27,519 bases of DNA, from assembly GCA_034667945.1 (NCBI GenBank), contig JAXDQG010000535.1, positions 1-27,519 of the forward strand, written 5' to 3'. Source of the DNA: Acidimicrobiia bacterium (lineage in GTDB: Bacteria > Actinomycetota > Acidimicrobiia > Acidimicrobiales > CAIXPF01). The translations under genes were made by a program, and so were the position numbers. Each line of letters starts with the position of its first letter. The stretch's first letter is position 1. The notes beneath the pieces are model-generated. The model was not told the origin of the DNA. It searched no databases and saw only the letters and a list, made by a program, of their open reading frames with translations. Of this stretch, positions 8,044 through 15,854 are shown piece by piece.

Positions 8044-9600
8044 TCAGGCGTCGGCCAGCAACTCCGTCGCTCGGAGCACGTCCACCTTGCCGGTGGGCAG
8101 CCGGGGCAACTCGTCCACGATCACGAGACGTCTCGGCAGCTTGAACCGGGCCAGCTGCCCGCGGCAGTGCCGGCGGAGGCGCTCCAGTGACAGGGTCGCC
8201 CCGCCCCGCAACCGGACCACCGCGGCCACCACCTCGCCGAAGCGGGCGTCGGGCACCCCCACGACCACGGCGTCCCAGACCAGCGGGTGCGAACGCACCG
8301 CGGCCTCGACCTCGGCCGGGTAGACCTTCTCGCCACCGGAGTTGATGACCCGCTCGCTGCGACCGAGCAGCGTGACGGTGCCGTCCTCCTCCAGTCGGCC
8401 CACGTCGGTGGTAACCGCCCAACGCACCCCGTTCACCACGGGAAAGGTGGCCACCGTCCGCTGGGGATCGTTGCGGTAACCGAGCGGGATGTGGTTCTTG
8501 CGGGCCAAGCGTCCGACCAGAGGCGAACCCGGGTGAACGGGCTGCAGGCTCTCGTCGAGGACCGCACTGTCAGGGCCGAGCGCGAAGCGCGGCGGGCCAG
8601 TCGCCCTCGCGCCCGGCACGATCACCCGCCGACCCTGCCCGCCGGTCTCCGATGCCCCGTATCCGTCGACCACGACCGCCCCCGGCAGATGGTGGAGCAA
8701 CCGCTGGGCCACGGCGTCCGACATGCCGGCCCCGCCCGACGCCACGACCATCAGCGAATCGAGCTGCCACCGCTCGGGCTCGGCATCGAGCAGGTCGGCC
8801 AAGGGCAGCGCGAAGGCGTCCCCCACGAGCACCAGATGCGCGGCCCGCTGGGCGGCGGTCAGCTCCAGAACGGCTGCCGGGTCGAAGCCCACGTCGCCCG
8901 CCAGCAGCACGGTGGAGCCGGCCAGAAGGATCGCCAGCGCCGCCCATTGGGCGGTTCCGTGCATGAGCGGGCTGGCCACCACCGTGCGGGCCGGCTCGGG
9001 CGCCAGGTGGCGGACCAGCTGCTCCGGCGTCTCGATGGCGGCACCGCCCAGGTTCCCACCACCCAGGGCGGCGAAGAACAGGTCTTCGTGACGCCACAGC
9101 ACGCCCTTGGGTCGCCCGGCGCTGCCTCCCGTGTACAGCAGGAACCCGTCGTCGCCCGAGCGCTCGACCGCGGGACGGGCCGCCGGCTGGCCGTCGAGCA
9201 GCGCCTCGTAGTCCGCGCCGGCCAGCACCAGGTCGCGTGCGCCATCGGTGGCCTGGTGCAGCGCGTCGGCCAGCTCGGGCTCGCCGAGCACGAGGACGGG
9301 ATCGGCATCGTTGAGCACGTAGCGCAGCTCGTCCACCACGTAGTGGCGGTTCACGTTGACCGGGATGGCCCGCAGCTTGAAGGCGGCCAACATCGCCTCG
9401 AGATACGCCGGCCGATTGCCGAGCGCCAGGGCCACTCGGTCACCGGGACCTACGCCACGATGGGCCAGGGCACCCGCCAGCCGGTTCGCTCGGGTCTCCA
9501 GCTCGTCGAAGCTGAGACGGCCTGCGTAGCCGTCGATGGCCACGCGGTCCGGGACCGTCTCGCACACCAACTCCAGGAGATCGGCGAGGTTGAAGGCCAT
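8044..9600 (-). CDS. AMP-dependent acyl-CoA synthetase (FadD19-like)
   Basis: FNLADLLE N-terminus, LLYTGGSAGRPKGVLWRHED P-loop, SPLMHG, DGYGASETG, INSGGEKVYPAEVE, LPRLPTGK. Confidence 0.88.
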   Translation of the reverse strand: MAFNLADLLELVCETVPDRVAIDGYAGRLSFDELETRANRLAGALAHRGVGPGDRVALALGNRPAYLEAMLAAFKLRAIPVNVNRHYVVDELRYVLNDADPVLVLGEPELADALHQATDGARDLVLAGADYEALLDGQPAARPAVERSGDDGFLLYTGGSAGRPKGVLWRHEDLFFAALGGGNLGGAAIETPEQLVRHLAPEPARTVVASPLMHGTAQWAALAILLAGSTVLLAGDVGFDPAAVLELTAAQRAAHLVLVGDAFALPLADLLDAEPERWQLDSLMVVASGGAGMSDAVAQRLLHHLPGAVVVDGYGASETGGQGRRVIVPGARATGPPRFALGPDSAVLDESLQPVHPGSPLVGRLARKNHIPLGYRNDPQRTVATFPVVNGVRWAVTTDVGRLEEDGTVTLLGRSERVINSGGEKVYPAEVEAAVRSHPLVWDAVVVGVPDARFGEVVAAVVRLRGGATLSLERLRRHCRGQLARFKLPRRLVIVDELPRLPTGKVDVLRATELLADA

Positions 9601-9781
9601 GGCGGCCGAGACCGTAGCGAGCGGTTCTTGGCAGTGGCGAATGCCACACTACCGGCGGTCTTGTGCCCGTCCGGCGGCCCCCGAGCGGCCCTTCAGCATG
9701 CGACTTCCGGCGGCTGATCGGCCATCAAGATGGCCGTCCAAATTCCAAGCAGGCGGGTCCCGACTGGTAGAACAGCACACC

Positions 9782-10420
9782 ATGCGTGTCGCCCGGAACC
9801 GCTGCCTCGCCGGCCTCTTCGTCCTCTTCGTCCTCATGGCCAGCGCCTGCCAAGGCGGGTTCCGGGGCGCCATCCCCTACACCGGGGACCCCAAGCCGCA
9901 AAACCTGCCCAAGACCATCACCGATGTGCTGACCCATGACTCGCAGAAGCGTTTCACCACGCTGCTCGACCTGGTCACCGCCGCGCGGGCGTCGGACGCC
10001 ATCAATGGCACAGGGCCCGTGACCCTGTTCGCCCCCACCAACGACGCCATCCGGAAGGCCTACACGCCCGCCGAGCTCGAGGCGCTCAAGCAGGACATCA
10101 CCGCCCTCAGCACGATGGTCAAGTCGCACATCGTCAACAAGGACGTCGTGTTCAGCAGGCCTTCATGGGTGAAGCCCGTCACCAACAACGGCACCACCGT
10201 GGACAAGGTCGACGGCAAGGTCTCGCTGCAGGATGCCGGCATGATCATCGTGACCACCGACACCCCCCTGGTGACCGAGGCCAACACCAGAATCGTTGCC
10301 AGCCCGGACAAGTCGGTGACCAAAGTGGCCGGGTCGACCCAGAAGGCTCATGTCAATCCGGCCGACGTGGAGGCGCCCAACGGCTGGATCCAGGTGCTGG
10401 ACGACGTTCTGACCAAGTGA
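9782..10420 (+). CDS. Fasciclin (FAS1) domain lipoprotein
   Basis: Signal peptide with lipobox-like MASAC; FTTLLDLV, GPVTLFAPTNDA (H1), NGWIQVLDDVL (H2). ATG 9782 chosen over the track start 9536. Confidence 0.85.
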   Translation: MRVARNRCLAGLFVLFVLMASACQGGFRGAIPYTGDPKPQNLPKTITDVLTHDSQKRFTTLLDLVTAARASDAINGTGPVTLFAPTNDAIRKAYTPAELEALKQDITALSTMVKSHIVNKDVVFSRPSWVKPVTNNGTTVDKVDGKVSLQDAGMIIVTTDTPLVTEANTRIVASPDKSVTKVAGSTQKAHVNPADVEAPNGWIQVLDDVLTK

Positions 10421-10478
10421 TGCTCGGGCTACCGAGGCTCCGCCGGTGAGGCCCCGGACCGCCATCGACCGGTGTGGC

Positions 10479-10892
10479 TCACTTGAACCACACGCGCTGG
10501 TAGTCGCGGCTCATCGGGTGCAACAGCAGCGCCGCCCGGGCCACGGTGAACAGCGCCGTCACGAAGTGGTCGCCGAGGTTGGTGAGACTTCCGATGGCGA
10601 TGAACAACAGGATCACCTCGCCGGACGTCAGCGCCACGCCGAGCTTGTACCCCCACTTGCGCTCGTTGGCGATGCCGAAGGCGGCCACCGCCATGCCCAG
10701 GAACGACAGCCGCCCGATGTTGAGGGCCAGGTCCGCGCCCACCCACCGGTACAGCTCGTAGAACGGCGTGTAGCTGTTGGCGTTCAACAGCGCCGCCAGC
10801 AACAAGCCGAAGGCCGCATTGAGGTACATCAGGATCACCGCGATGTGGAGCGTCTGCGGCTGGGACGGATTGGTCCACCGGCGGGTTTGCAT
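10479..10892 (-). CDS. Small integral membrane protein (137 aa, ~4 TM), function unknown
   Basis: MQTRRWTNPSQPQTL start, four hydrophobic segments, C-terminal LLHPMSRDYQRVWFK; strong GC3 bias. Confidence 0.8.
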   Translation of the reverse strand: MQTRRWTNPSQPQTLHIAVILMYLNAAFGLLLAALLNANSYTPFYELYRWVGADLALNIGRLSFLGMAVAAFGIANERKWGYKLGVALTSGEVILLFIAIGSLTNLGDHFVTALFTVARAALLLHPMSRDYQRVWFK

Positions 10893-10905
10893 GGTTCCTA
10901 GTGTG
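10890..10905. promoter_or_regulatory. Candidate overlapping bidirectional leaderless promoter
   Basis: CATGGT (10890-10895, +) is 7 nt before GTG 10903; CACACT (10905-10900, -) is 7 nt before ATG 10892. Confidence 0.45.
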
Positions 10906-11691
10906 GCAGGAGTCGTTCTCGGAGCAGGAACAGGTCGACGGCTCCGACCGCTCACCGACATGCGCCCCAAGGTGCTGTGTCCGGTCGCCAACCGTCCGCT
11001 GGTCGATTGGGCCATCGATCGGGTGCGCGATGTGGCGCATGACGTGGCCGTCAACGTGCATGCCGGCCGTGCCCAGATGGAGGGACACCTGACCGGTCGT
11101 GTCCACCTCTCCATCGAGGACCGGCGGCCACTGGGGACGGCGGGCGCCCTGGGTGCACTGCGGAGTTGGTTGGACGGCCGGGCGGTTCTGACGGTCAACG
11201 GCGACACCTGGTGCCCGGCCCCGCTGGATCAACTGCTTTACCGCTGGGATGGCGAACGGGTGCGGGTCATGGTGGTAGGCGATCAGCCCCTCGGCCCGCG
11301 CTCTCTGGTCATCGGCTCGCTCACGCCGTGGTCGGCGGTGGCCGACATCCCGGCCCAGCCCCTCGGCCTGTGGGAACAGCTGTGGCGCGACCGCGTGCGC
11401 GACGGCACCTTGGAGACCATCGGCTGGTCGGGGCCCTTCGCCGACTGCGCCACGCCGGCCACGTACCTGGCGGCCAACCTGGCAGCGCTGGATTGGCTGA
11501 CGCTCGAGCAGTTGGTGGATCAACAGGCCGATGTCCGGGGCCCGGTGGACCGGTCGCTGGTCGGGGCCGGAGCGACGGTTTACGGCAGTCTGGAGCGGGC
11601 CGTCGTCTGGCCCGGCGGTGCGGTCGCCCGGGGCGAGCGATTGGTCGATGCAATCAGGGCCGACCGGGGCCTTACCGTTCTCGTGCGCTGA
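10903..11691 (+). CDS. Sugar-phosphate nucleotidyltransferase (NTP_transferase family) with short C-terminal beta-helix-like segment
   Basis: VLGAGTGRRLRPLTDMRPKVLCPVANRPL, GTAGAL, VNGD motifs; substrate not assignable. Confidence 0.82.
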   Translation: MAGVVLGAGTGRRLRPLTDMRPKVLCPVANRPLVDWAIDRVRDVAHDVAVNVHAGRAQMEGHLTGRVHLSIEDRRPLGTAGALGALRSWLDGRAVLTVNGDTWCPAPLDQLLYRWDGERVRVMVVGDQPLGPRSLVIGSLTPWSAVADIPAQPLGLWEQLWRDRVRDGTLETIGWSGPFADCATPATYLAANLAALDWLTLEQLVDQQADVRGPVDRSLVGAGATVYGSLERAVVWPGGAVARGERLVDAIRADRGLTVLVR

Positions 11692-12751
11692 GCTCAACCG
11701 GTGCGTCGGCCGCCAGCTGACCGCACGCAGCCGCGATCTCGGTGCCGCGGTTCCGCCGCACGGTGGCGTTGACCCCGAGGTGCGCCAAACGCTCAGCGAA
11801 CTGCGCTACCCCCGCCGCGGGAGTGCCTCGTGTGGGCCAGCCCGGCGTGGGGTTGAGCGGGATGAGGTTCACGTGAGCACCCAGGGGCCGAGCCCGCTCG
11901 GCCAGCTCGGCAGCATCGCTGGGGCGATCGTTCACACCGTCGATCAGAGCCCACTCGAACGAAAGCCGGCGCCCTTTGGCGTCGAGGTACTGCCGGCAGG
12001 CGGCCATCAGCTCGTCGAGCGGATACCGCCGGTTGAGCGGCACCAGCTCGTCGCGCAACCGGTCATTGGCCGCGTGCAGGGACACGGCCAGATTGATCGG
12101 CTCGGGCTCCGTTGTCATGCGGCGGATGCCCGGCACGACCCCGACCGTCGACACCGTCAGGTGGCGGGCGCCCAGACCGGCGTGGTCGTGCAGGCGGCGT
12201 AGGGCAGCCCAGACCCGGTCGTAGTTCGCCAGCGGTTCACCCATTCCCATCAGCACGACGTTGTCGAGCCGACGCGGTCTCGCCCGGCGGATGGCCCGCA
12301 TCACCTGCTCGACGATCTCGCCGCTGGTGAGGTGCCGTTGGAAACCGGCCTGGCCGGTAGCGCAGAAGCCGCAGGCCATGGCGCAACCCGCCTGGCTCGA
12401 GACGCAGACCGTGGTGCGCCTCGGGTAGTGCATCAGCACGCTTTCGACCCGGGCGCCATCACCTAGCGTCCACAGGGTCTTGACGGTGTCGCCGTTGTCG
12501 GTCGCCGACTCGGCCGCAGGATGCAGGGCCACGGGGGCCGCCTCGGCCAGACGAGCGCGCAGCCCCTTGGGCAGGTCGGTCATGTCGTCCGGGAGACGGG
12601 CCTGGCGGTACAGCCCGTCCCACACCTGACGGATCCGGTAGGCCGGCTGACCCTCGAGCAGGTGGCCAAGGCCTTCCTGGTCGAGGTCGTAGAGCGTGGG
12701 TCGGGTCTGCGCGGGTCGGGTCTGCGCGGGTCGCGTCTGCGTGGGACTCAT
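11672..12751 (-). CDS. rlmN: Radical-SAM RNA methyltransferase RlmN
   Basis: CVSSQAGCAMACGFCATG (CxxxCxxC), MGMGEP, SLHA, IAAACGQL; ATG 12751 overlaps the mshD stop (ATGA). Confidence 0.93.
   Translation of the reverse strand: MSPTQTRPAQTRPAQTRPTLYDLDQEGLGHLLEGQPAYRIRQVWDGLYRQARLPDDMTDLPKGLRARLAEAAPVALHPAAESATDNGDTVKTLWTLGDGARVESVLMHYPRRTTVCVSSQAGCAMACGFCATGQAGFQRHLTSGEIVEQVMRAIRRARPRRLDNVVLMGMGEPLANYDRVWAALRRLHDHAGLGARHLTVSTVGVVPGIRRMTTEPEPINLAVSLHAANDRLRDELVPLNRRYPLDELMAACRQYLDAKGRRLSFEWALIDGVNDRPSDAAELAERARPLGAHVNLIPLNPTPGWPTRGTPAAGVAQFAERLAHLGVNATVRRNRGTEIAAACGQLAADAPVELSARER
12698..12742. repeat. 15-bp tandem repeat x3 at the rlmN N-terminus (QTRP[A/T])
   Basis: gggtcgggtctgcgc twice, then gggtcgcgtctgcgt. 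Confidence 0.9.
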
Positions 12752-13683
12752 CCGGGCTGCAACTCGATGGCGAAGGACCGGTCGGTCCGCACGATGTGGA
12801 AGCCCAAGCGGTCGTAGAGCTTCAACGCCGATTGGTTGTCTGCTTCGACGAACAGCATCCCGACCGTGGCACCTGCTTTGGCCAGGTGATCGAGCCCGGC
12901 CAGGACGAGGCCACGGCCCAGGCCCTTGCCCTCGAAATCGGGATGAATGCCAATCACGTGGATCTCGCCGAGGACCGGGTCCTCCTCCGCGAACAGCTTC
13001 GTCCAACAGAAGCCGGCCAGCCGGCCCTCGAGCTCCGTGAGGAGGAAGCCGGCCGGGTCGAACCAGGACTGCGCCTCGCGCTCTTCGAGCATGGCGCGGG
13101 TCATCTGTCCCTGCTCGGGATGGTTGGCGAAGGCGACGCGATTGACCTCGACCACGGCGTCTTCGTCCTGACCGGGGACGAAAGCCCGAAGGGGCAGGTC
13201 GTAGGGCTCATCCAGGGGAAGGGGGCGTTCCATCTGGTGCAGACCACGGTGGGGACTGAGCCCTGCCCGAGCGGCGAGCTCGGCGTGGCCGGGCGTGGCG
13301 TTGGCGGCCCATAGGTGGACGGGGCCGCCGCCCAACTCGGCCGCAGCCCGCAGAGCCCGACTGAGCAGCGGGGCGCCGATGTCGGCAAGCGAACCTTGTC
13401 TGGCCGGGTCCACCAGCACTTCCGCGATCCAGGTGGGGTCGGCCGCCGAACGGACCAGCTGGACATAGGCATCGAGCCGGGTACTTGTGCCAGCGGCGTG
13501 GGCGGCGCCCTCGTCGGCTGCCCAGGCGGTGGCGAAGTTCCCGGTGGATCCACTGATGAGCTCTGACCAGCCGTTGTCGCCGAGCGGTGTATGCCCCACA
13601 TGACGCCCGGCGCGCTCGGCGAGATCCAGGACCGCGCGGGCGACGTCGTCGTCGAGAGCAGTAGCCGGCCCGTGCAATGCCAT
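12748..13683 (-). CDS. mshD: Mycothiol synthase (tandem GNAT)
   Basis: AFANHPEQG, WFDPAGF, GFCWTK, GEIHVIGIHP, GKGLGRGL, LFVEADNQSALKLYDRLGF. Confidence 0.88.
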   Translation of the reverse strand: MALHGPATALDDDVARAVLDLAERAGRHVGHTPLGDNGWSELISGSTGNFATAWAADEGAAHAAGTSTRLDAYVQLVRSAADPTWIAEVLVDPARQGSLADIGAPLLSRALRAAAELGGGPVHLWAANATPGHAELAARAGLSPHRGLHQMERPLPLDEPYDLPLRAFVPGQDEDAVVEVNRVAFANHPEQGQMTRAMLEEREAQSWFDPAGFLLTELEGRLAGFCWTKLFAEEDPVLGEIHVIGIHPDFEGKGLGRGLVLAGLDHLAKAGATVGMLFVEADNQSALKLYDRLGFHIVRTDRSFAIELQPG

Positions 13684-13691
13684 GGAGGGCC

Positions 13692-13741
13692 ACGCTACCG
13701 ACTCCGGTCGACAGGGCAGAGGTCTCCTGCGGCCCTACGCT
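13692..13741. promoter_or_regulatory. Divergent -10 elements for mshD (TAGCGT, 13697-13692, -) and nth (TACGCT, 13736-13741, +)
   Basis: Each TANNNT hexamer is 8 nt upstream of its start codon; neither gene has an SD. Confidence 0.55.
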
Positions 13742-13749
13742 GCCTGGCC

Positions 13750-14451
13750 GTGGGCAAGCCGAGGACGTTGAAGGGACGGGCGCTCGAAGTACATCGGCGG
13801 CTGGCGGAGATCTACCCCGAGGCGCTCTGTGAGCTCGACCATCGGGGCCCCTACCAGCTGCTCGTGGCCACGATCCTCTCGGCTCAGACGACCGACGCCC
13901 GGGTCAACACCGTCACGCCCGCCCTGTTCACGCGCTTTCCCGGACCGGAGGACCTGGCCAATGCCGATCCCGAGGAGGTCGAGCGGATCATCCAGCCGAC
14001 CGGGTTCTACAAGGCCAAGACCCGCAGCCTCATCGGCATGGCGAAGCGCCTGGTAGAAGCATTCGGAGGTGAGGTACCGCGCAAGTTGGAGGACCTTGTC
14101 ACGCTGCCGGGAGTCGGCCGGAAGACCGCCAACGTGGTGCGCTCGGTGGCGCTGGGCCTCCCCGGCCTACCGGTCGATACGCATGTGGCGAGACTGTCCC
14201 ATCGGCTCGGGCTGACCGCGGAGACCGATCCCGTGAAGATCGAGTTCGCGTTGAACGACATGATTCCGCCATCGCAGCGAGGCGACTTCAGTCTGCGCCT
14301 GATCCTCCACGGACGACGGGTCTGTCTGGCGCGGAAACCTGCGTGCGAGCGGTGTGTGCTTGCGGACATCTGCCCGTCGTCGCGCGTACCGGTGAGCACG
14401 CCCAATCAGCGCCGCCGCCGAGTCCCTGAAACGACTGTTTCAGAGGCGTAA
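13750..14451 (+). CDS. nth: Endonuclease III
   Basis: LLVATILSAQTTD, HhH LPGVGRKTAN, VDTHV, C-X6-C-X2-C-X5-C (CLARKPACERCVLADIC). GTG 13750 chosen; the track start 13591 overlaps mshD. Confidence 0.95.
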   Translation: MGKPRTLKGRALEVHRRLAEIYPEALCELDHRGPYQLLVATILSAQTTDARVNTVTPALFTRFPGPEDLANADPEEVERIIQPTGFYKAKTRSLIGMAKRLVEAFGGEVPRKLEDLVTLPGVGRKTANVVRSVALGLPGLPVDTHVARLSHRLGLTAETDPVKIEFALNDMIPPSQRGDFSLRLILHGRRVCLARKPACERCVLADICPSSRVPVSTPNQRRRRVPETTVSEA

Positions 14452-14599
14452 GTTGTGTGTGCGAAGTGTGACTTCCGGCTGACGAGCAATGCCTCTGGTG
14501 TCGTCGCCAAAGCAGATCTTTGCTGTTCGGACGGCCATTTTTCCCGCCGCTGAGCAAATTTCTGCGCCGGATCTTGCGCAATGGCCGGGGAGGTGTGGT

Positions 14600-14605
14600 T
14601 AGTAT
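14600..14605 (+). promoter_or_regulatory. -10 element TAGTAT upstream of the sRNA candidate
   Basis: TANNNT in a locally AT-richer tract, 7 nt before the first hairpin; no plausible + strand CDS follows. Confidence 0.5.
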
Positions 14606-14611
14606 GGTCGT

Positions 14612-14840
14612 CACCAGGTTCCCGCCACCTGGTATCGGCGACATAGGGATCCGCCGCCCAGTGTCGCCCCGTCAGCGCCGCCATGAGCGGCGCTGACGCC
14701 GTTTTGCGGCGCTGATCCTTTACTCGCAGCGGGCCCGCGAGGGTCCCGCTGGTGCCGCCATGAGCGGCGCGGACGCCGTGTTTCTGGAAGCCGCACCCGA
14801 GCCCTGGGGTGTTCCGCCAGCGCCGGGGCTCACGCCTTTT
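14612..14840 (+). ncRNA. Candidate structured small RNA with C-rich loops (6C-like); possible shorter form ending ~14705
   Basis: Six consecutive hairpins: 14613-14633 (loop UCCCGCC), 14637-14668 (loop AUCCGCCG), perfect 12-bp 14670-14698, GNRA-capped 14727-14751, 14752-14770, 14799-14831 followed by UUUU. Confidence 0.5.
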
Positions 14841-14844
14841 GCGG

Positions 14845-15048
14845 CTATCGCCGTTCCAGGTCTTGAAGCAGGCGGTTCAATCGCCGAGCTCCCGAGCGCA
14901 GGTAGCGCTCGATCTCCTCCAGGGCGGCCGACGTGTCTTCGTGTTTGGCGGCGCGCTCGCTGTCTCCCATGGCCGTCAGTCGATCGATCAAGTCCTCGAG
15001 GGTGCTGCTGATGGACGTCAACGGCGGGATCAGCGGGCTGGACGGCAT
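14845..15048 (-). CDS. Small helical/coiled-coil hypothetical protein (67 aa)
   Basis: Amphipathic heptad pattern (LTSISSTLEDLIDRL; LEEIERYLRSGARRLNRLLQDL); coding-like codon usage. Confidence 0.7.
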   Translation of the reverse strand: MPSSPLIPPLTSISSTLEDLIDRLTAMGDSERAAKHEDTSAALEEIERYLRSGARRLNRLLQDLERR

Positions 15049-15260
15049 CCCCCACTTCTAGCCGGTGGGTATCAGCCAGCCGATGCGACCGGTCATCGGC
15101 GACGGTGCCGTGGCGCAAAGACATGATTCAACGAGGGCGCTCAGCATCGCCCGATACGTCGAATTTGATTCATCGAGGAAGCGTTGCCTGGGTGCCGCGG
15201 AAAGAGTGGTTGTACAGACACTCTCTGCGCTTGCCGGGCCGCATTCCGCAGGGAGAGGGC

Positions 15261-15470
15261 ATGGCATCCCTCTCTCGCCCGGATAGGGCTTTCCCCGGTG
15301 ACGAAAGACGGGTGTGGCGCAAGGCCCTCTTCGCCGATCGTGATCGGCTGTGGCCAATCGCAACCCGCTGGAGCACCAGAGCCCTGCGAGCCGGTAGGAC
15401 CTCGCCCGGCTGCAGCCGTATGGACGACGGCGGGCCGAGGCGAGGCGCTTGGACCGGGCCGCGGCGCTGA
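15261..15470 (+). CDS. Possible 69-aa small ORF with hairpin-sequestered ribosome binding site
   Basis: GGAGAGGG directly precedes ATG 15261 and pairs with CCCTCTC 15268-15274; product MASLSRPDRAFPGDERRVWRK... has no recognisable family. Confidence 0.25.
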   Translation: MASLSRPDRAFPGDERRVWRKALFADRDRLWPIATRWSTRALRAGRTSPGCSRMDDGGPRRGAWTGPRR

Positions 15471-15821
15471 CCGAGCGTTTCCCCACCGGACAAACAGGTA
15501 GGGTAGCCGTCGCGAAAGTGCAGGTCGTGGCGCCGACGGATCCCGAGCAAGCGACCGGTCGTGGCAAGTTCGAGCGGTCGTCCCACCGCGTCGGACCAGT
15601 TCAGAGCCATTGCACCCGGCCCCCCCGGCCGCACGTTTCTCCACCGGAAAAACCTGTATGTGCACAACTGCAGCTGACCTGCTGATGCCGACTAAACCAA
15701 GCGATCGCTCGGCGAGTGCGCCACACATCCCGGCCCGCAAAGTCGCCTCTGCCTCCGCCACGACGGAGGTTGAAAGGTCTAGCCCGAACCCCCGCCCGCT
15801 CCCGGTTTTCCGGTGCGCACC
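15290..15821. repeat. Dispersed 17-bp dyad motif (TTTCNYC-ACC-GGRNAAA): three full copies and one half copy
   Basis: 15290-15306 (-), 15478-15494 (+), 15636-15652 (+), half copy 15805-15821 (-); the two + copies match at 20/24 over 15476-15499 vs 15634-15657. Confidence 0.6.
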
Positions 15822-15854
15822 CGACCCGGCCGTCCCGGTAGCGTCCCATCTGCC

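Noticed and set aside
15285-15345. c-di-GMP-I riboswitch-like GAAA/GCGCAA elements
   Set aside because: The GGCAAAC and GGTCTA elements are missing in the required order; an Infernal search would be needed.
15049-15854. tRNA, tmRNA or RNase P RNA in the large intergenic region
   Set aside because: No cloverleaf/TTCGA arm, tmRNA termini or GAGGAAAGTCC signature found on either strand.
15700-15854. His attenuator leader peptide upstream of hisD
   Set aside because: No His-codon-rich short ORF or terminator, and a -10 lies close to the hisD start.
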